Positions 22,247 to 25,019 of a stretch of DNA of 25,019 bases are shown here, in pieces. Below the pieces are notes generated by a model, which searched no databases, had not been told where the DNA came from, and worked only from the letters and a program-made list of their open reading frames with translations. This DNA comes from an uncultured Gammaproteobacteria bacterium (lineage in GTDB: Bacteria; Patescibacteriota; Patescibacteriia; 2-01-FULL-39-33): contig CAYIIA010000001.1 of assembly GCA_964363385.1 (NCBI GenBank), positions 1-25,019 of the forward strand, written 5' to 3'. Position numbers and translations under genes: made by a program. Each line of letters starts with the position of its first letter. Position 1 is the first letter of the stretch.

Positions 22247-23607
22247 TTTCAAAAGTTAAAAAAATGATCCCTTCCCATTTAATGTCGCAGTACCACAGAT
22301 TCTGGGCCGTCTTCTCCAATTTTTTCTATGGCTTCCCTTCAGAGAAGATGGTCGTCATCGGAGTGACTGGGACCAACGGAAAGTCCACGACGGTCATGTT
22401 AATCGCCAAAATTTTGGAAAAGGCTGGTTTTAAAGCCGGATCTGCTTCCACGGTCAAATTCAAGGTGGCAGACAAAGAATGGCTTAACAGCGAAAAGATG
22501 ACTATGTTAGGCAGGATGAAGTTGCAGAAGCTTTTAAAACAAATGGCAGGATCAAAATGCCAGTACGCAGTCATTGAAACCTCTTCCCAGGGCATTGAAC
22601 AGTCTCGCCATCTCGGCATCCATTACGACGTGGATATTTTTACTAATCTTACGCCGGAACACATCGAAGCCCACGGCGGTTTTGAAAATTATAAAAAAGC
22701 CAAATTAAAATTATTCAAAAAGTTGGAAAAGGAAAAAAGGAAGAAGATAGGCGGGAAAGAAATTTCCAAAATAATAATTGTGAACGCCGACGACGAGCAC
22801 GCCAAAGACTTCCTTAACTTCCGCGCGGATGAAAAAATCCTTTTCGGCATAGAAGCAGGAACCCTTTCTCTCAACTTCCAAGAATCATTAAGCCAGAACG
22901 TTTCCGGAGACAAGAGCCAAGGAATAGTTATTGCCAAAAATATTATTTTCAAACCGGAAGGAATCTCTTTTGAAGTCCAGGACACTCATTTCGACTTGAA
23001 GCTTTTTGGCAAGTTTAATGTGTATAATTCATTGGCTGCAATCTCTCTGGCCCTTTCCCAAGGATTGGATTTAACAGTTTGCAAAAAAGCTTTGGAAGAA
23101 GTGGAGGGCTTGCCAGGAAGGATGGAGTTTATAAATGAAGGCCAAGACTTCAAAGTTCTAGTAGACTATGCCCCAGAACCGGAGAGTTTGAACCAGATGT
23201 ACCGGACCATACAGGATCATGGGATGAAGAAAGGGAAAATAATCCACGTCTTGGGATCTTGCGGAGGGGGCAGAGACATCTCCAGAAGGCCTGTTTTGGG
23301 CGGAATTGCCGCTAAAAATGCAGACGTGGTTATTATCGCCAATGAAGACCCGTATGATGATGATCCAATGGAAATAATCAACCAGGTGGCTCAGGGAGCA
23401 ATCCAGGCCGGAAAAACAGAAGGAGAGAGCCTTTTAAAAGTGTTAGACAGAAGAGAAGCCATCCAAAAAGCTTTAAATCTAGCCAAAAAAGACGACCTTG
23501 TTATTTTAACCGGCAAGGGAAGCGAACAAGCGATATGTGTGGCAAAAGGCAAAAAGATCATCTGGGATGAGCGTCAAGTGGCAAGGAAAATCCTTAAAAC
23601 CCTCTAA
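22243..23607 (+). CDS. murE: UDP-N-acetylmuramyl-tripeptide synthetase (MurE-type Mur ligase, 454 aa)
   Basis: GVTGTNGKSTT, IETSSQG, FTNLTPEHIEAHG, GKFNVYN, PGRME, GSCGGGRD. ATGA overlap with ruvA. Confidence 0.88.
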   Translation: MISKVKKMIPSHLMSQYHRFWAVFSNFFYGFPSEKMVVIGVTGTNGKSTTVMLIAKILEKAGFKAGSASTVKFKVADKEWLNSEKMTMLGRMKLQKLLKQMAGSKCQYAVIETSSQGIEQSRHLGIHYDVDIFTNLTPEHIEAHGGFENYKKAKLKLFKKLEKEKRKKIGGKEISKIIIVNADDEHAKDFLNFRADEKILFGIEAGTLSLNFQESLSQNVSGDKSQGIVIAKNIIFKPEGISFEVQDTHFDLKLFGKFNVYNSLAAISLALSQGLDLTVCKKALEEVEGLPGRMEFINEGQDFKVLVDYAPEPESLNQMYRTIQDHGMKKGKIIHVLGSCGGGRDISRRPVLGGIAAKNADVVIIANEDPYDDDPMEIINQVAQGAIQAGKTEGESLLKVLDRREAIQKALNLAKKDDLVILTGKGSEQAICVAKGKKIIWDERQVARKILKTL

Positions 23608-23631
23608 ATTAACAAAAAACACTTTATGGCC

Positions 23632-23640
23632 TGTGGATAA
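23632..23640 (-). promoter_or_regulatory. Perfect DnaA box (TTATCCACA)
   Basis: TGTGGATAA on the plus strand; an inverted two-mismatch copy TTATCCATT lies at 23646-23654. Confidence 0.5.
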
Positions 23641-23975
23641 TTTGTTTATCCATTTTTTTATTTTCAAAAAAGACATTCACAATATTAAGAAAAAATAGTA
23701 ATATTTTATCTAAATTTAGATAAAAAAGAATTTAATTTGACAATTATTAAATTATTATTAGAAAACCTTGACTTTTTATTGATTTTCATGCTAACATTAA
23801 ATTACTGATTTTTAGCGGTTGCTAAATCCTAAAAATCCTACTATAACAAGTCATTTAGGTATATAACCTAACAAGATAGTGGGTAAACAATCAAAAACAT
23901 CATAAATCTAGAAAAACTCATTTCTTGATTTGCCTTTAAAAGCGGATCAGAATTAAAAGAAATGAGGCTTTTTTT

Positions 23976-25019
23976 ATGTCTGACCAAAGCAAAAGAATCA
24001 GCTTTTCTCCTAAAGCCAACCTGGTGGAAGCGCCAGATCTCATTGAACTGCAAAAACGTTCATATGATTGGTTTTGGCGTGAAGGACTGGACGAACTTTT
24101 TGAAGAAGTCTCACCGATCACGGATTTCATCGGCCGTGATCTAGAGTTGTCTTTTGGCAAATATTTTTTGGACGAGCCAAAATTTGATGAAGTCACCAGC
24201 AAAGAAAAGAATATTTCATTTGAAGCGCCGCTTAGAGTCAATGCTAAACTGGCTAACAAGAAAACCGGACAGAGCATTGAACAGGAAGTATACCTGGGAG
24301 ATTTTCCTTTAATGACTGATCGCGGCACTTTTATCATCAACGGCATTGAACGCGTAGTGGTTTCCCAACTCATCCGTTCAGCCGGTGTTTTTTTCACCAA
24401 TCAAGCTTTAAATGACAGAAACTATTACGGCGCCAAGGTTATTCCTAACCGCGGCTCCTGGCTGGAATTTGAGACGGACGCCAACGGCGTAATCTGGGTC
24501 AAGATAGATAGAAAAAGAAAAGTGGCGGCCACGGCATTGCTTCGAGCTTTTGGTTTTGGCACGGATGAACAAATCCTGGAATTGTTCAAAGAAGTTTATC
24601 TTGGTGAAGTGGATTATATCCGCGCTACCTTGAAAAAAGACGCTTCAAGCAATGAAGCCGAGGGTCTGATCGAAATCTACAAACGCATAAGGCCGGGAGA
24701 TCTGGCTGCTCCGGACAATGCCAAATCCCTTATTGATAATATGTTCTTTAATTTCTCCAGATATGATTTCGGCCGAGTCGGCAGATACAAGCTCAACCAA
24801 AGATTTGCTCAGGAAATGAATATCAATAAAGAAACCAGGGTTCTTCTCAGGGATGATGTCATTAATATTCTGAAGGAAATAATCAGACTTAACCAAACCC
24901 AGGAATTGGCCGATGATATCGATCATTTGGGCAACAGACGCATCAGAGCGGTCGGTGAATTAGTCCAGAATAAATTCCGGATCGGTTTGGCCAGGATGGA
25001 AAGAATCATCAAAGACAGG
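23976..25019 (+). CDS. rpoB: DNA-directed RNA polymerase subunit beta, 3'-truncated by the window edge
   Basis: Manual translation from ATG 23976: PDLIELQKRSYDWF...EVYLGDFPLMTDRGTFIINGIERVVVSQLIRSAGVFF...DDIDHLGNRRIRAVGELVQNKFRIGLARMERIIKDR. Open to the window end; absent from the ORF track. Confidence 0.97.
   Translation, partial: MSDQSKRISFSPKANLVEAPDLIELQKRSYDWFWREGLDELFEEVSPITDFIGRDLELSFGKYFLDEPKFDEVTSKEKNISFEAPLRVNAKLANKKTGQSIEQEVYLGDFPLMTDRGTFIINGIERVVVSQLIRSAGVFFTNQALNDRNYYGAKVIPNRGSWLEFETDANGVIWVKIDRKRKVAATALLRAFGFGTDEQILELFKEVYLGEVDYIRATLKKDASSNEAEGLIEIYKRIRPGDLAAPDNAKSLIDNMFFNFSRYDFGRVGRYKLNQRFAQEMNINKETRVLLRDDVINILKEIIRLNQTQELADDIDHLGNRRIRAVGELVQNKFRIGLARMERIIKDR

Noticed and set aside
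1-25019. CRISPR array or cas genes
   Set aside because: There are no regularly spaced direct repeats. The only long repeats are two dispersed ~200-nt modules and one gene relic.

Overview
A bacterial chromosome segment, most likely from a Patescibacteria/CPR lineage. This is an inference from the RNHCP protein, type-2 IleRS, atypical MurE motifs, 7TM histidine kinase and SD-less or leaderless core genes. The right half (14.0-25.0 kb) is housekeeping: thrS with a T-box leader, argS, a receiver protein, ferredoxin, ileS, ruvA, murE and the 5' part of rpoB. The left half (0.3-11.3 kb) is a mosaic accessory region with no integrase or transposase. It holds a partial NYN nuclease gene with a convergent promoter-driven small RNA, a second ORF-less structured transcript, an AT-rich HEAT-methyltransferase + CYTH cassette wedged between two gene relics, and a FadL/OmpP1-type outer-membrane barrel. 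It also holds two HExxH proteins, a Cys-rich peptide + RRE-radical SAM/SPASM (RiPP-like) pair, small SD-led ORFs and a methyltransferase. The most unusual signal is a set of ~150-nt promoter-RNA-terminator units. Two are near-identical copies with compensatory base changes and a variable loop; a third is divergent but shares a TAGTCGTG-N3-CACG hairpin. Each sits directly upstream of cargo genes. No CRISPR array, rRNA, tRNA or recognisable mobile element was found. All family assignments come from motif recognition by eye, with no database search.
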